A DNA stretch of 64,000 bases from Lachnospiraceae bacterium (GTDB taxonomy: Bacteria; Bacillota; Clostridia; Lachnospirales; Lachnospiraceae). Shown here one piece after another: positions 26,579 to 36,269 of this stretch. The stretch's first letter is position 1, and each line of letters opens with the position of its first letter. The translations under genes and the position numbers were made by a program. The stretch covers positions 58,518 to 122,517 of the forward strand of contig JAAWAC010000012.1 in the NCBI GenBank assembly GCA_022791975.1, written 5' to 3'. The notes under the pieces were generated by a model. It did no database searches. It worked only from the letters and a program-made list of their open reading frames with translations, and was not told where the DNA came from.

Positions 26579-27838
26579 GTGAACATCTTGGCAACGGTTT
26601 TGAGTAATGAGGTAAAGCAGGCCCTTCAGGACATTTACTACAATGAGCGCACCGGCCGTGGAAAAGAGGCTTTGGCCCTGCTGGAGCGGGCTTCCCAGAA
26701 GGGAGACGGGGACGCCAGCTGTGTCCTGGCCCGGTGCTATTGTGGCCGGCAATATGTTTGGGCGGGTCACGGTTTCCCGGAGGATGATGACAAGGCTATC
26801 CATTTCCTCCACAAGTCCGTGGAACAGGGAAGTGCCCTGGGCGTGTTGGTGGCTATGCGCAGTGGTGAGCTAACCCCTTCTGTGGAGAAAAAAATGCCCT
26901 TTGCAAACCTAAAGGAAGCCCTTACACAGGCGGAGGAATTGGCGAAAAGTGGCGATGCCTTCAGTCAGTATGTGGTAGGTAACGTGTATTTTTGGTGGGA
27001 TTTCCTGCGAATCGATAACAAGGACAGGGACTCTTTCCCCAGTCATGAGGCTTTCAAGGCATATCTCCGGGAGAATATCTCCAAATGCGAGGACTGGTTC
27101 TGGAAGGCTTTCCGGGGAGGCATGTATTTCGCCGCCAACAATCTCAACCGCTATTATGAACAGGGAGATGAGGACATCATTGCGCCTCAGCCAGAAAAGG
27201 CCCGAGACCTGTGGCGCTTAGGTGCGGAGTATGGTCACCCCATTGATCAGGCCATCTATGCCGACGAGCTCACCAAGGTTGGTCGGAAGGAGGAAGCTCT
27301 TTCCTGGTACAAAAAGGCGGCCGAGGGAGGCCATCCCGGAGCATGGTATGACGTAGGACGCTGCTATTTTACCGGGGAAGGCACGGCAAAAGACTCCGCC
27401 TACGCAGTCTCTTGCTTTGAGCGGGAGCTGGCCCGGGACCCTATTTACACAGGAGCCTGCAATCTTTTGGGCAAGGCATACTTTCTGGGGGATGGGGTTC
27501 CCCAGGACTACGCCAAAGCCTATCACTATCTGTCCATCGCCTACTACAAGCAGGACAGTAAATGGGGTGCTTTTTATCTGGCTAAATGCTGTTTCTATGG
27601 GTGGGGTACCCCTCAGGATTATGGGCAGGCTTTCCGTTTCCTGAGTTATGTGAGCCAGAAAATCGATGAGGCAGACTATATGCGAGGTGTCATCTACGCC
27701 CAGGGCTTGGGAGGCATACAGGAAGATATTCCTACAGGTGTGACCTACCTACAAAAAGCGGGGAATTTCCCTAAGGCCAAGGAAGAGCTGCGCCGCTACA
27801 AAAGGACCCTGTTCGGCAAATGGGTTCGGAGAGGATAA
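26579..27838 (+). CDS. Sel1-repeat (tetratricopeptide-like) protein
   Basis: Repeated WYKKAAEGG...YFTGEGTAKD, LGKAYFLGDGVPQDYAKA, FYGWGTPQDY units; start may be TTG 26588. Confidence 0.85.
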   Translation: MNILATVLSNEVKQALQDIYYNERTGRGKEALALLERASQKGDGDASCVLARCYCGRQYVWAGHGFPEDDDKAIHFLHKSVEQGSALGVLVAMRSGELTPSVEKKMPFANLKEALTQAEELAKSGDAFSQYVVGNVYFWWDFLRIDNKDRDSFPSHEAFKAYLRENISKCEDWFWKAFRGGMYFAANNLNRYYEQGDEDIIAPQPEKARDLWRLGAEYGHPIDQAIYADELTKVGRKEEALSWYKKAAEGGHPGAWYDVGRCYFTGEGTAKDSAYAVSCFERELARDPIYTGACNLLGKAYFLGDGVPQDYAKAYHYLSIAYYKQDSKWGAFYLAKCCFYGWGTPQDYGQAFRFLSYVSQKIDEADYMRGVIYAQGLGGIQEDIPTGVTYLQKAGNFPKAKEELRRYKRTLFGKWVRRG

Positions 27839-27878
27839 CGTTTTCGCATTTTTACCATAGCATTTACAGGAGGTCCCC

Positions 27879-28808
27879 ATGATTGTAACTGTCACTTTAA
27901 ACCCGTGCATTGACAAAACCATTTATCTCCATCAGCTTTCCATTGGCGCCTACAACCGGGTGAAAAGCACCCGAAGCGACCTGTCGGGAAAGGGTATCAA
28001 TGTTAGCACGGTGCTCTCCCGCCTACAGGCACAAACCCGCTGTATGGGGCTGAATTTCCGGGGAAATGCCCAGATGCTGGAGCAGGTGCTAAACCGCCGG
28101 GGCCTCACCCAGGATTTTGTTCTCACCGATGGAGAAATCCGTACCAATGTAAAGCTTTTTGACGAGTCCTGTCAGGTTATGACGGAGATCAACGAGGCCG
28201 GCCCCACGGTTTCAGCCCGGGCTGTGGATATTCTGCTGGACAAAATCGAGGCTATTTTGGATGAGACCTATCTCCTGGTTTTAAGCGGCAGCATTCCCCC
28301 TGGAGTTCCTGTGGATATTTACAGGAGAATTATCCGCATGGCTCACCGGAAAGACGTAAAAACTGTGCTGGATGCTTCCGGAGATCCCTTTCTGCTGGCC
28401 CTGGAGGAAAAGCCCTATCTCATTAAGCCCAATGCCTTTGAGTTTGAACAGGCTTTTCAAAAGGAGATCCAGGCAGGCAAAAGTCCCCTGGAGGTGGCCA
28501 AAAATGTGGTTGACAGCGGTATCTCCTACATATGTATTTCCATGGGCAGCGATGGTGCCCTGTTGGTGGATAAGGATCATGCTTATCGGGCGGCCCCCCT
28601 TCCGGTGGAGGCCAAGGGTCTGACCGGCGCCGGAGATTCCATGGTAGCTGGTATGTGCTACGCCATCCGCCGCAGACTGGGACCGGAGGCCATGCTCCGC
28701 TATGCTATGGCCGCAGCCGGAGGATCTGTCCGCCTGGAGGGGACCCTTCTCACCTCCAAAGAGGATCTGGAGGAGCTGCTGCCCCAGGTGGAAATCACCA
28801 TTTTATAA
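27879..28808 (+). CDS. 1-phosphofructokinase-family hexose kinase (PfkB, FruK/LacC type)
   Basis: TVTLNPCID, GKGINV, RTNVK, SGSIPPG, IKPN, GAGDSMVAG. Confidence 0.92.
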   Translation: MIVTVTLNPCIDKTIYLHQLSIGAYNRVKSTRSDLSGKGINVSTVLSRLQAQTRCMGLNFRGNAQMLEQVLNRRGLTQDFVLTDGEIRTNVKLFDESCQVMTEINEAGPTVSARAVDILLDKIEAILDETYLLVLSGSIPPGVPVDIYRRIIRMAHRKDVKTVLDASGDPFLLALEEKPYLIKPNAFEFEQAFQKEIQAGKSPLEVAKNVVDSGISYICISMGSDGALLVDKDHAYRAAPLPVEAKGLTGAGDSMVAGMCYAIRRRLGPEAMLRYAMAAAGGSVRLEGTLLTSKEDLEELLPQVEITIL

Positions 28809-28870
28809 ATAGTCAGCCCTGGCTATTCCTGTCATAGGCTGCCCATGAGCTATACATACAAAACCCATAA

Positions 28871-28925
28871 AAAGAGCCCTGGCCACACAGATAAGGATGT
28901 CTGTGCTCTGCCAAAGGGCTCTTTC
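28871..28925. terminator. Terminator between convergent pfkB-type and SDR genes
   Basis: AAAGAGCCCT-GGC...GCC-AA-AGGGCTCTTT outer stem with inner CACAGA/TCTGTG. Confidence 0.6.
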
Positions 28926-29003
28926 TCTTTTACCATTTTGTTTTTATTTGGACCAGCAACCAGGTAGGGTCGGTTCTGTAGGTCCCTGTCAGTGCAACAA
29001 GCG

Positions 29004-29792
29004 TCAGTGAAGGATCAATCCTCCTGTCACATTGATGCCCTGACCTGTCATATTATCCGCAAAATCCGAGGACAAGTACACAAACATTCTGGCTATATCC
29101 TCCGGAGTCTGGGGACGCTGGAGAGGAATCGCGGAAATCCTCTCCTTCCAATAAGCTTCCGCATCGCCGCCCTGCTCTCGCGTCTGGGCCAAAAATCCCT
29201 CCCAAATCTGTGTCCGAACAATGCCAGGACAAACCGCATTTACATTAATATTGTAGGGCGCCGCATACTTGGCAACTGCCTGCGTAATGCCTGTCACTGC
29301 AAACTTGGACGCGGAGTAGGCCACATTGGTCGCATAGCCTTCCTTTCCAGACATGGAGGACATATTGACGATTTTCCCCTTTCTATTGGGCATCATCACC
29401 CGCAACACTGCCTGGTCCACAAAGAAGGTTCCCTTCGTGTTTATGTCCATGACAAAATCATAAAGCTCCTCTGTCATATCCATAAAATCCACCTTCCGAG
29501 ATACTCCCGCAATGTGATTCAGAATATCAATGGTGCCCATGGCCTTTACGGCCTCCTCCACCATAGCATCTACTTCGGCCTTTACTGCTACATTGCATTT
29601 ACAGTAATATGCCTGCACGCTGGTCTCCGCCTGGATCTCCTCTGCGGTTTTCCTGGCATTCTCCAAATTTAAATCTGCAAGAAACACATTCGCTCCGGCC
29701 TGAGCCAAAAGCTTTGCCGTAACTTTTCCGATCCCGTCGCCACCCCCGGTAACGATGGCGTTTTTCCCGGAAAGATCAATCCCAATACTCAT
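29004..29792 (-). CDS. SDR-family NAD(P)-dependent oxidoreductase
   Basis: TGGGDGIG, catalytic S...YSASK, NAVCPG; resembles sugar-alcohol/acetoin dehydrogenases. Confidence 0.92.
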   Translation of the reverse strand: MSIGIDLSGKNAIVTGGGDGIGKVTAKLLAQAGANVFLADLNLENARKTAEEIQAETSVQAYYCKCNVAVKAEVDAMVEEAVKAMGTIDILNHIAGVSRKVDFMDMTEELYDFVMDINTKGTFFVDQAVLRVMMPNRKGKIVNMSSMSGKEGYATNVAYSASKFAVTGITQAVAKYAAPYNINVNAVCPGIVRTQIWEGFLAQTREQGGDAEAYWKERISAIPLQRPQTPEDIARMFVYLSSDFADNMTGQGINVTGGLILH

Positions 29793-29793
29793 C

Positions 29794-31218
29794 TTAGATA
29801 ATTCCTACTGCCAACAGAATTGCTGCTGCTGCCAGACAAACCACACCACAGATAGATCCAAGCAGTGTTATGTACTTCAAGCCCTGTTTGGTATCCAGGT
29901 TAAACATAGCAGTTCCTACCCAGAATCCACTGTCGCTTACATGGGAACCGATCATGGTTCCACACCCAATAAGCAGCGTAACAGCTACTGGAGACAGTCC
30001 CAGCTGGCCCATCATAGGTACACAGATAGCAGCAGCCGTCATACCAGCGGTAGTTCTGGAACCAACTGCGATCATCATAACTGCACCAATCAGGAAGGGA
30101 ACCAGCAGCATGGGAAGGCCGGAGCCTGCAACTGCAGTACCAAGGGCAGTATTGAAGCCTTCGTGTACATTATCATAGTTCTTGATAATCTGGCTGAAGC
30201 CGCCGCCCATACCAGTTACCAGAAGAGGAATCAGCGCTACGCTCAGAGCCTCTGCAACCCACTCATTGGTCATAATCTTCAGCAAGCTCTTTTCCGTCTT
30301 TCCTGTAAAGTTCTTAAAGTTCTCAAATACCTTTTCTTTTCCTATCACACCATTCATGAAGGTAATCAGAACGCCGATAAAGAGGGCAACGTTTCTGTTT
30401 CCAAGTGCCTGCATAATCACGTTGAAGGTATTGTCTTCTGCCATATACATGCTGCAGAAGGAAGAAACAGCGATCAGAATAGCGGGAACCAGAATAGGAG
30501 CCATGGCCAGCGCCACATTGGGAAGTCCCTCTTCTTTGATCAACAGCTCATGGTAATCATCGCTCTTAACCTCTTCCACGCCTACGATAAAGTCCTCGCG
30601 GGGCTCAATCCAATCTTTTGCAAGGATCTTCTTTCCGAAGCCCCAGCATACAAACAGACCAATCAGAGAAATTACGATACCCCATAAGATAACGAAGCCC
30701 AGGTCTGCCTCCAACAGAACGGCCACAGCCAGAATACCCGGTGTGGGAGGAACGATGGAGTGTGTCAGAGAGGAGCACAGCAAGGTGTAGCCACCCATAA
30801 CGGACATGGAAATTTTCTTTCTCTTTGCCAGCAGAGCAGCCACGGGAGAAAGAAGCACCTGTGTAATATCTCCGAATACGGGTATAGACATAATAAATGC
30901 AGACAGAGCCGTAGCAAGCTCCAGGCACTTTCCATGAAAGACATTAATGAAAAAGTTTACCATGGATTTCACACCACTGGTATCTCGAATTCCCTGTGCG
31001 ATAATGGAACCAAATATAATCGTACAGGCAATACTCGTCATGGTGCCTCCAAAGCCCGTTGTGAATACCGTAATGGTGGTTCCCACATCGTAGCCAAAGC
31101 CAAGACCTGCAATAACACCACTGATAAACAGGGCAAGTACGGGATGAATTCCCAATTTTACAATCATAAACACAAGGATTATGACTGCAAGCAACAACAC
31201 GATTAAGAATCTAGCCAT
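29794..31218 (-). CDS. GntP-family (gluconate:H+ symporter-like) permease
   Basis: HPVLAL, GFGGT, IPVFGD, HSIVPPTPG, GMGGGF, AVGSRTTA, SHVSDSGFW. Confidence 0.9.
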   Translation of the reverse strand: MARFLIVLLLAVIILVFMIVKLGIHPVLALFISGVIAGLGFGYDVGTTITVFTTGFGGTMTSIACTIIFGSIIAQGIRDTSGVKSMVNFFINVFHGKCLELATALSAFIMSIPVFGDITQVLLSPVAALLAKRKKISMSVMGGYTLLCSSLTHSIVPPTPGILAVAVLLEADLGFVILWGIVISLIGLFVCWGFGKKILAKDWIEPREDFIVGVEEVKSDDYHELLIKEEGLPNVALAMAPILVPAILIAVSSFCSMYMAEDNTFNVIMQALGNRNVALFIGVLITFMNGVIGKEKVFENFKNFTGKTEKSLLKIMTNEWVAEALSVALIPLLVTGMGGGFSQIIKNYDNVHEGFNTALGTAVAGSGLPMLLVPFLIGAVMMIAVGSRTTAGMTAAAICVPMMGQLGLSPVAVTLLIGCGTMIGSHVSDSGFWVGTAMFNLDTKQGLKYITLLGSICGVVCLAAAAILLAVGII

Positions 31219-31444
31219 ATTTTTTCTCCTTCATTTGTTGATTTTTACCGGTAAAATCATTCGTAGTTCTATCTTATCCCATTAGACATCATACGTCTAT
31301 AGCAACCCTTACCTATCTTATTTCTATTTCCATCATTCATTTTCTCTGAAACTCATGGGGTTTTTCCCGGTTTTTTTGTAAGGTTTGTATAATTCCCCCC
31401 TGTAATTTTGTCATATATTTCTAATTGACAAAATTATTTATATT

Positions 31445-32332
31445 TCATATTTTATTATTTATATTTCCTATCTTTTGATTTCTGTACTCTTCCGGGCCAA
31501 TCCCCATAGACTTGCGGAACATTTTATAAAAATTGCTGTAGTTGCGAAAACCGCATTTTTGGGCAATTTCCACAATGGGTGCATTCCCGTACAGAAGTTG
31601 TCTAGCTAAACTGATACGTTTTTCAATAATATAGCTGGTAAGCGTATTTCCCGTCACCTCCCGAAACAGGCGACAGATATGGGATACACTATAATTGAAT
31701 TCTCTGGCGATATGCTCCAGGGGAAGCTCCTGCTCCAGATTTTTCTCCACAAATTCCAGGATCTCTGAAACCTTTTGTATGTGTCCGTCGTCGGACTGTC
31801 CCAGCTGTCTGCCTCTTAAGCTGTCCCGAAACAAAAATCCCAGAGCCTGAATCACCAGTCCCCGCTCCAGAATCTTTTTCTCCGGTCCGGTGCAGGCCTG
31901 AAGCCGCTGAAAATGCTCGGCAATTTTCAAATAGTCATAAAACGCCTCCATTTCCAAATGGAGAATGGGATAACCAGGATTTTTCTTGGAAAATATCTGA
32001 AACAGATTTGCTTCCCGGGTTGACAGCTGCCCCAAAATTTTGGGATCAATGCCAAGGCTGATTCGCTGATGTCCCTCATTTTCCCTGCATAAAAGCATGT
32101 GATTCTCAAACATGCGACACAGAATCACATCTCCTCCCCGTATGGGATACTCCTTTTCCTCCAGCAGATAGGTCATGTCCTCCCCCATATAGATAATCAC
32201 TTCGTAGAAGTCATGATAATGCATAAAATAGGAAGAATTTTCCCCTTCGCTGTATTTGATGATATGATAGTCATTCTCTATCATATCCAGACTCATCTTT
32301 GAAAGCAGATACCCGCCCCCCCTGTTCTCCAT
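31445..32332 (-). CDS. AraC-family regulator with cupin domain
   Basis: MHYHDFYEV cupin; SHICRLFREVTG...CGFRNYSNFYKMFRK; start moved to ATG 32332 after GGAGGA. Confidence 0.9.
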   Translation of the reverse strand: MENRGGGYLLSKMSLDMIENDYHIIKYSEGENSSYFMHYHDFYEVIIYMGEDMTYLLEEKEYPIRGGDVILCRMFENHMLLCRENEGHQRISLGIDPKILGQLSTREANLFQIFSKKNPGYPILHLEMEAFYDYLKIAEHFQRLQACTGPEKKILERGLVIQALGFLFRDSLRGRQLGQSDDGHIQKVSEILEFVEKNLEQELPLEHIAREFNYSVSHICRLFREVTGNTLTSYIIEKRISLARQLLYGNAPIVEIAQKCGFRNYSNFYKMFRKSMGIGPEEYRNQKIGNINNKI

Positions 32333-32464
32333 AAATCCATCCTCCTGTAACACATAATAAGGTTTCCTATCCTCAAACCTGCCAGCTATAAAAGGCGCCG
32401 CGGTCAAACTCAGGTTTCCTGCTGCCACGGCGCCTCTTACTTCCTTTTCCTATATTCCTCTCTG

Positions 32465-35400
32465 TTACAATTCGAAATCTTTCTCCATTAGCACATAGTT
32501 GCCAAATTCATCCTGCCTCCGCTTGGAAAACAGCCTCTTTATGCCTCTGCGGCTGGAGCTGATAATAGCGTCATCTATCATGTCCTTGACCTCTGACACA
32601 TTCACCAGATGGTCGCTGGTCTGATTGTTTCCAATCCGATTGTAGAGAGCCAGCACGGCCATCTCGTCCAACACATAGCCCTGCTCCTGGCCATAGGATT
32701 TTCCAAAGGCTACCAGCTCATGATTGGTGAACACAGGGATCTCTATGGTGCGCTCGAATTTGGCTGCCAGGCTCTCACACCGGGTAAACAGCTTTTTCAC
32801 CTCATTTGGCTCATCCTCCAACACCACAAACAAGTTTCCCGTCTGCCGGAGCATAGCTCCCGACAGCTTGGCCGCTGCCTCCGCTGTCATCCCTCCGGCT
32901 CGTTCTATCACCAGGGCACCGCCATTCATCTTGCGCACCACCGCTGCCACATCTCTCTGATTCATGGAGTCTCCGGTGACCCTTGCCATTTTGCTTCCCT
33001 TAACCCCTCGAAGCTTCTGGATAGCCTTTACCAAATCCACGGCCAGAGTGGTCTTGCCGCTCCCGCTCTCCCCGGTAACTACAATATTTCCCGCCACAGA
33101 TGTACCGTCCAGCTGGCGGTTTTCCTCGTCCTCCAGAAACTGGGACAGCTGCTGGTTCATGCCATGTACAGAGGTAAAATAGGCAAACAGCTTTTCCTGC
33201 TCCTCGCTGAGTCTCTTCCCACTCACCTGCTTGAGCTCATCCTCCAGCACCTTCTCCAGATCCCACATCATCTCCGAGGCTTTCCTCTTCTTTCCCGATG
33301 GGGTCTCCTGGTTTTCCTTCCGCCGGGTATCCTGTTTCCCCTTTTTGCTCTCCTTCTCAGCTTTTTCTTTTTTGGTAGCCTCCTTCTCTTCCTCCTGGTC
33401 CGTGTCTTCCTTGGAGCCCCCAGAACTGATGTTCTCTTCCGCAAACAAATCTCCGCCGGACTCCATCTCCTCATGAAGAGCCACCTTGAGGATTTCCTCT
33501 ATCTCGTCCTCCTGGGGATAATCCTGCTGATTCTCGTCCATGTTCTCTTCATAGCCAGGGTCCTCCTCGTATTTGCCATCTTCCAGATATTCGGGGTCCT
33601 CCAAATAAGTAAGGTCCTCTTCATTTTCGGAGTCCTCCAAATAGCCAAGGTCCTCCTCGTATTTGCCATCTTCCAGATATTCGTCATCCTCCAAATAATC
33701 AGGGTCCTCTTCGTTTTCCGGGTCCTCCTGGTATTGGGAATCATCCTCATACTCCCCATCCCCCGGATAGTCCGGGAACTCCTCATATTCGTCGTCCCCT
33801 ATATCCTCCGTTTCCTCCAGGTATTCCACGTCCTCCTTATAGCTGGCTTCCTCATACTGGCTATTCTCCTGGTAATCTCCATAAAATTCTTCCTCAGGCT
33901 CTTCCAAATAGGAGTCATCTTCGCTATAATCTGGGTCCTCTCCCTCTTTAAACAGACCATATTCCTCTGTATCCTGGGTATCCATCCAGGTATCCTCTTC
34001 ATCATCCTCATAAGAGTAATCCCCTGTATCAATGCCCTGCTCCTGGTCATATTCTTCGTACTCCTGGTACTCTTCATATTCCTCCTGACTGCCAGCCTCT
34101 CCCCCATGGTCCGTCTCTTCCTCATAACCGGTTTCTTCGGAGTCCGTTTCCTCCTGGAGGAATCCAGGCTGCTGCCGCTCGATGGGCTCCACGATGATTT
34201 TTACCGGAAGCTTTCCCTCGATTTCATCCAAAATTTGCTGCACATCCATTGGAATCAGCCCACTCTGGAAATCCGCCGCCTCCAGTTTCCGGCGAAGGGC
34301 CTTCTCCTTTCGCTCCTGCTCTTCTCTGGCCATGCGGTTTAGCTCCACGCCCATTTTTTGCTTTTTGGCTTCCCACTCCGCCAAAATATCCTCTATCCGG
34401 ATCTGACCAGTAATTTGTCTGTCCAGAACGTTTTCTTCATCGTCAAAGGTCAGCTGGCCATCCTCTGCCTGGCCCAGATACAGCTTCCTAGGCTTGCTGT
34501 CCCCTGCCCGGGCGGAGCTCTCCGGCCTTATCTCCTCTGTTCTCTTCGCTTCCTCTGCACCATAGTCTGGGACAAGAGACTCCTTTTTGTAAGTCTCATC
34601 TTCATAGCTGTCGTCACTATCTCCCTGGGTCTCAGTAGAGCCAGAGTTATAAGCGTCCGTCTCATAGTCCCCAATCTCATAATTCTCGGACTCATAGTCC
34701 TCAATCTCATAATTCCCGGACTCATAGTCCTCAATCTCATAATTCCCGGACTCATAGTTCTCAGCCCTATACTCCTCCGACCCATAGATGTCAGTCTCAT
34801 AATCACCCTCTGAATATCCGTCATCCCCATAGATGGCTTCTCCATAGGCTTCTTCCCCGTAGGCAGCTTCGTCATATCCCCCAGACTCATAGCCCGGTTC
34901 TATATAGGTATCCTTCTCATAGTCTGCCGCTTCATAGCCCTCATTCTCATACCCACTCGCTTCATAGTCATCAGACTCATAGCCCGGTTCTTCGTAGACA
35001 TCATTTCCATAGTCGCTGGCTACATAGCCCTCATTTTCATACCCACTCGCTTCATAGTCATCAGACTCATAGCCCGGTTCTCCATAAGCGTCAATCTCAT
35101 AATCACCCTCTACATAACCGCCATACCCATAGCCACCCGCCTCATATTCGTCATTCTCATAACCGTTCTCTGTATACCCGCTATTTTCATAGGCAGTCTC
35201 TCCATAGGCATACTCTTCATCCCCATCTTCCGTATAGGACTCTCCCCCATAGGATTCGTCCCCATAGCCATCTCCGGCATAAGTTTGGTCTGTATGGACC
35301 TCCTCATCAATATACCCCCGCACTCCTGCTGCCACCTCAGCCTGGAGGTTTACGGTGTTGTAACGCTCCTCTGGATCAATGGTGAAAATCTCAATCTCCG

Positions 35401-36094
35401 GTTCCTCTGAAAAGCTTTCCTCTGGCTGGCTGTCCTCCATCTGATCCACCAGCTCATCAAACTGAACCAGTTCTTCGTCTGTATGGGCAAATTCCCGGTA
35501 TTTCTGTTCCTGGGAAGCAGTCAGCGGCTGGATCTTCAGTTTCAGCTCCATGGCCTTGCGGACGTATTCCCCCTCACTGAACCACAGAATCAGATCGTCG
35601 CATTCCTCCACGCATTTATCCAGCATACCCTCTTTATAATAAAGCGCTGCCAGCTCATAAGCCCATTTCTCATGATATTCCCGGCTCTTAAACTCCTGCA
35701 AAATAGCAATCAGATCCTCGGTAGGTGCACTCTTGGCCTGATAAAGCTTATATTTCAATATGTAGCGGCTCAAATCGTGGGGGGCAATTTTTACAAACTC
35801 CTTGTAAAGCTCTGTTGCCTCCTCCACCTCTCCCATCAGGGTAGCCATCTCCGCCATTTTATATACGATCATGCGGCCTATGGGCGCCCTGTCGTAGGCC
35901 ATATTCAAAATCTCATAGCTGTCCTCGTACCGCTTCAGCCTCTCATAAACCTCACTAATCTGCATCAGAAGCTCTACATTTTTTACCCGCTTCCACTCTA
36001 TTCCATCTGCGATCTTTGCCGCCATGCGATAGTCTTTGCGCTGGATCAGCTTTTGAATCTGCTCCGCTTTTATCTTAAATTCATACTTGTCCAA
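32465..36094 (-). CDS. Large protein: N-terminal TPR-like helices, very long acidic Tyr-rich repeat region, C-terminal CbbX/SpoVK-like AAA module
   Basis: Helical N-terminus (MDKYEFKIKAEQI...), roughly 650 aa D/E/Y/G low complexity, C-terminal GESGSGKTT and GGALVIERAG; TTG start at 36094 after GGGGTG. Confidence 0.8.
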   Translation of the reverse strand: MDKYEFKIKAEQIQKLIQRKDYRMAAKIADGIEWKRVKNVELLMQISEVYERLKRYEDSYEILNMAYDRAPIGRMIVYKMAEMATLMGEVEEATELYKEFVKIAPHDLSRYILKYKLYQAKSAPTEDLIAILQEFKSREYHEKWAYELAALYYKEGMLDKCVEECDDLILWFSEGEYVRKAMELKLKIQPLTASQEQKYREFAHTDEELVQFDELVDQMEDSQPEESFSEEPEIEIFTIDPEERYNTVNLQAEVAAGVRGYIDEEVHTDQTYAGDGYGDESYGGESYTEDGDEEYAYGETAYENSGYTENGYENDEYEAGGYGYGGYVEGDYEIDAYGEPGYESDDYEASGYENEGYVASDYGNDVYEEPGYESDDYEASGYENEGYEAADYEKDTYIEPGYESGGYDEAAYGEEAYGEAIYGDDGYSEGDYETDIYGSEEYRAENYESGNYEIEDYESGNYEIEDYESENYEIGDYETDAYNSGSTETQGDSDDSYEDETYKKESLVPDYGAEEAKRTEEIRPESSARAGDSKPRKLYLGQAEDGQLTFDDEENVLDRQITGQIRIEDILAEWEAKKQKMGVELNRMAREEQERKEKALRRKLEAADFQSGLIPMDVQQILDEIEGKLPVKIIVEPIERQQPGFLQEETDSEETGYEEETDHGGEAGSQEEYEEYQEYEEYDQEQGIDTGDYSYEDDEEDTWMDTQDTEEYGLFKEGEDPDYSEDDSYLEEPEEEFYGDYQENSQYEEASYKEDVEYLEETEDIGDDEYEEFPDYPGDGEYEDDSQYQEDPENEEDPDYLEDDEYLEDGKYEEDLGYLEDSENEEDLTYLEDPEYLEDGKYEEDPGYEENMDENQQDYPQEDEIEEILKVALHEEMESGGDLFAEENISSGGSKEDTDQEEEKEATKKEKAEKESKKGKQDTRRKENQETPSGKKRKASEMMWDLEKVLEDELKQVSGKRLSEEQEKLFAYFTSVHGMNQQLSQFLEDEENRQLDGTSVAGNIVVTGESGSGKTTLAVDLVKAIQKLRGVKGSKMARVTGDSMNQRDVAAVVRKMNGGALVIERAGGMTAEAAAKLSGAMLRQTGNLFVVLEDEPNEVKKLFTRCESLAAKFERTIEIPVFTNHELVAFGKSYGQEQGYVLDEMAVLALYNRIGNNQTSDHLVNVSEVKDMIDDAIISSSRRGIKRLFSKRRQDEFGNYVLMEKDFEL
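33551..33730. repeat. In-frame 90-bp tandem repeat (about 2 copies) built from 18-bp subunits
   Basis: ATAGCCAGGGTCCTCCTCGTATTTGCCATCTTCCAGATATTCG at 33551 recurs with one mismatch at 33641; encodes ...YLEDGKYEED... Confidence 0.9.
34661..34760. repeat. In-frame 30-bp tandem repeat (about 3.3 copies)
   Basis: CTCATAGTCCTCAATCTCATAATTCCCGGA units; encodes YESGNYEIED. Confidence 0.92.
34882..35081. repeat. In-frame 90-bp tandem repeat (about 2.2 copies)
   Basis: CAGACTCATAGCCCGGTTCT at 34882, 34972 and 35062; encodes EPGYESDDYEASGYENEGY... Confidence 0.92.
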
Positions 36095-36269
36095 TATTTC
36101 ACCCCAATGCATAAGAAATGCCGCAATCTACTACAATGAACCATATTACTCCACAATAAAAACAGTGTATCACAGGCCAGAGACCTTGTCAAAACGTTAT
36201 TCCCAATTCCTATCCAATTCCCTGCTGATTTATGGCCATTTTGGAGGGTTTTCCATTTTTTCCCTCACC

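Noticed and set aside
26579-27838. Sel1-repeat gene as part of a defence or secretion system
   Set aside because: No partner genes nearby; solitary Sel1 proteins are common, so it is listed only as a feature.
32609-34342. 577-aa plus-strand hydrophobic ORF
   Set aside because: Antisense shadow of the Glu/Asp-rich CDS; no recognisable domain.
33551-35100. Regularly spaced repeats resembling a CRISPR array
   Set aside because: Unit lengths are multiples of 3 and in frame within a long CDS, the intervening segments are themselves repetitive, and there are no cas genes.
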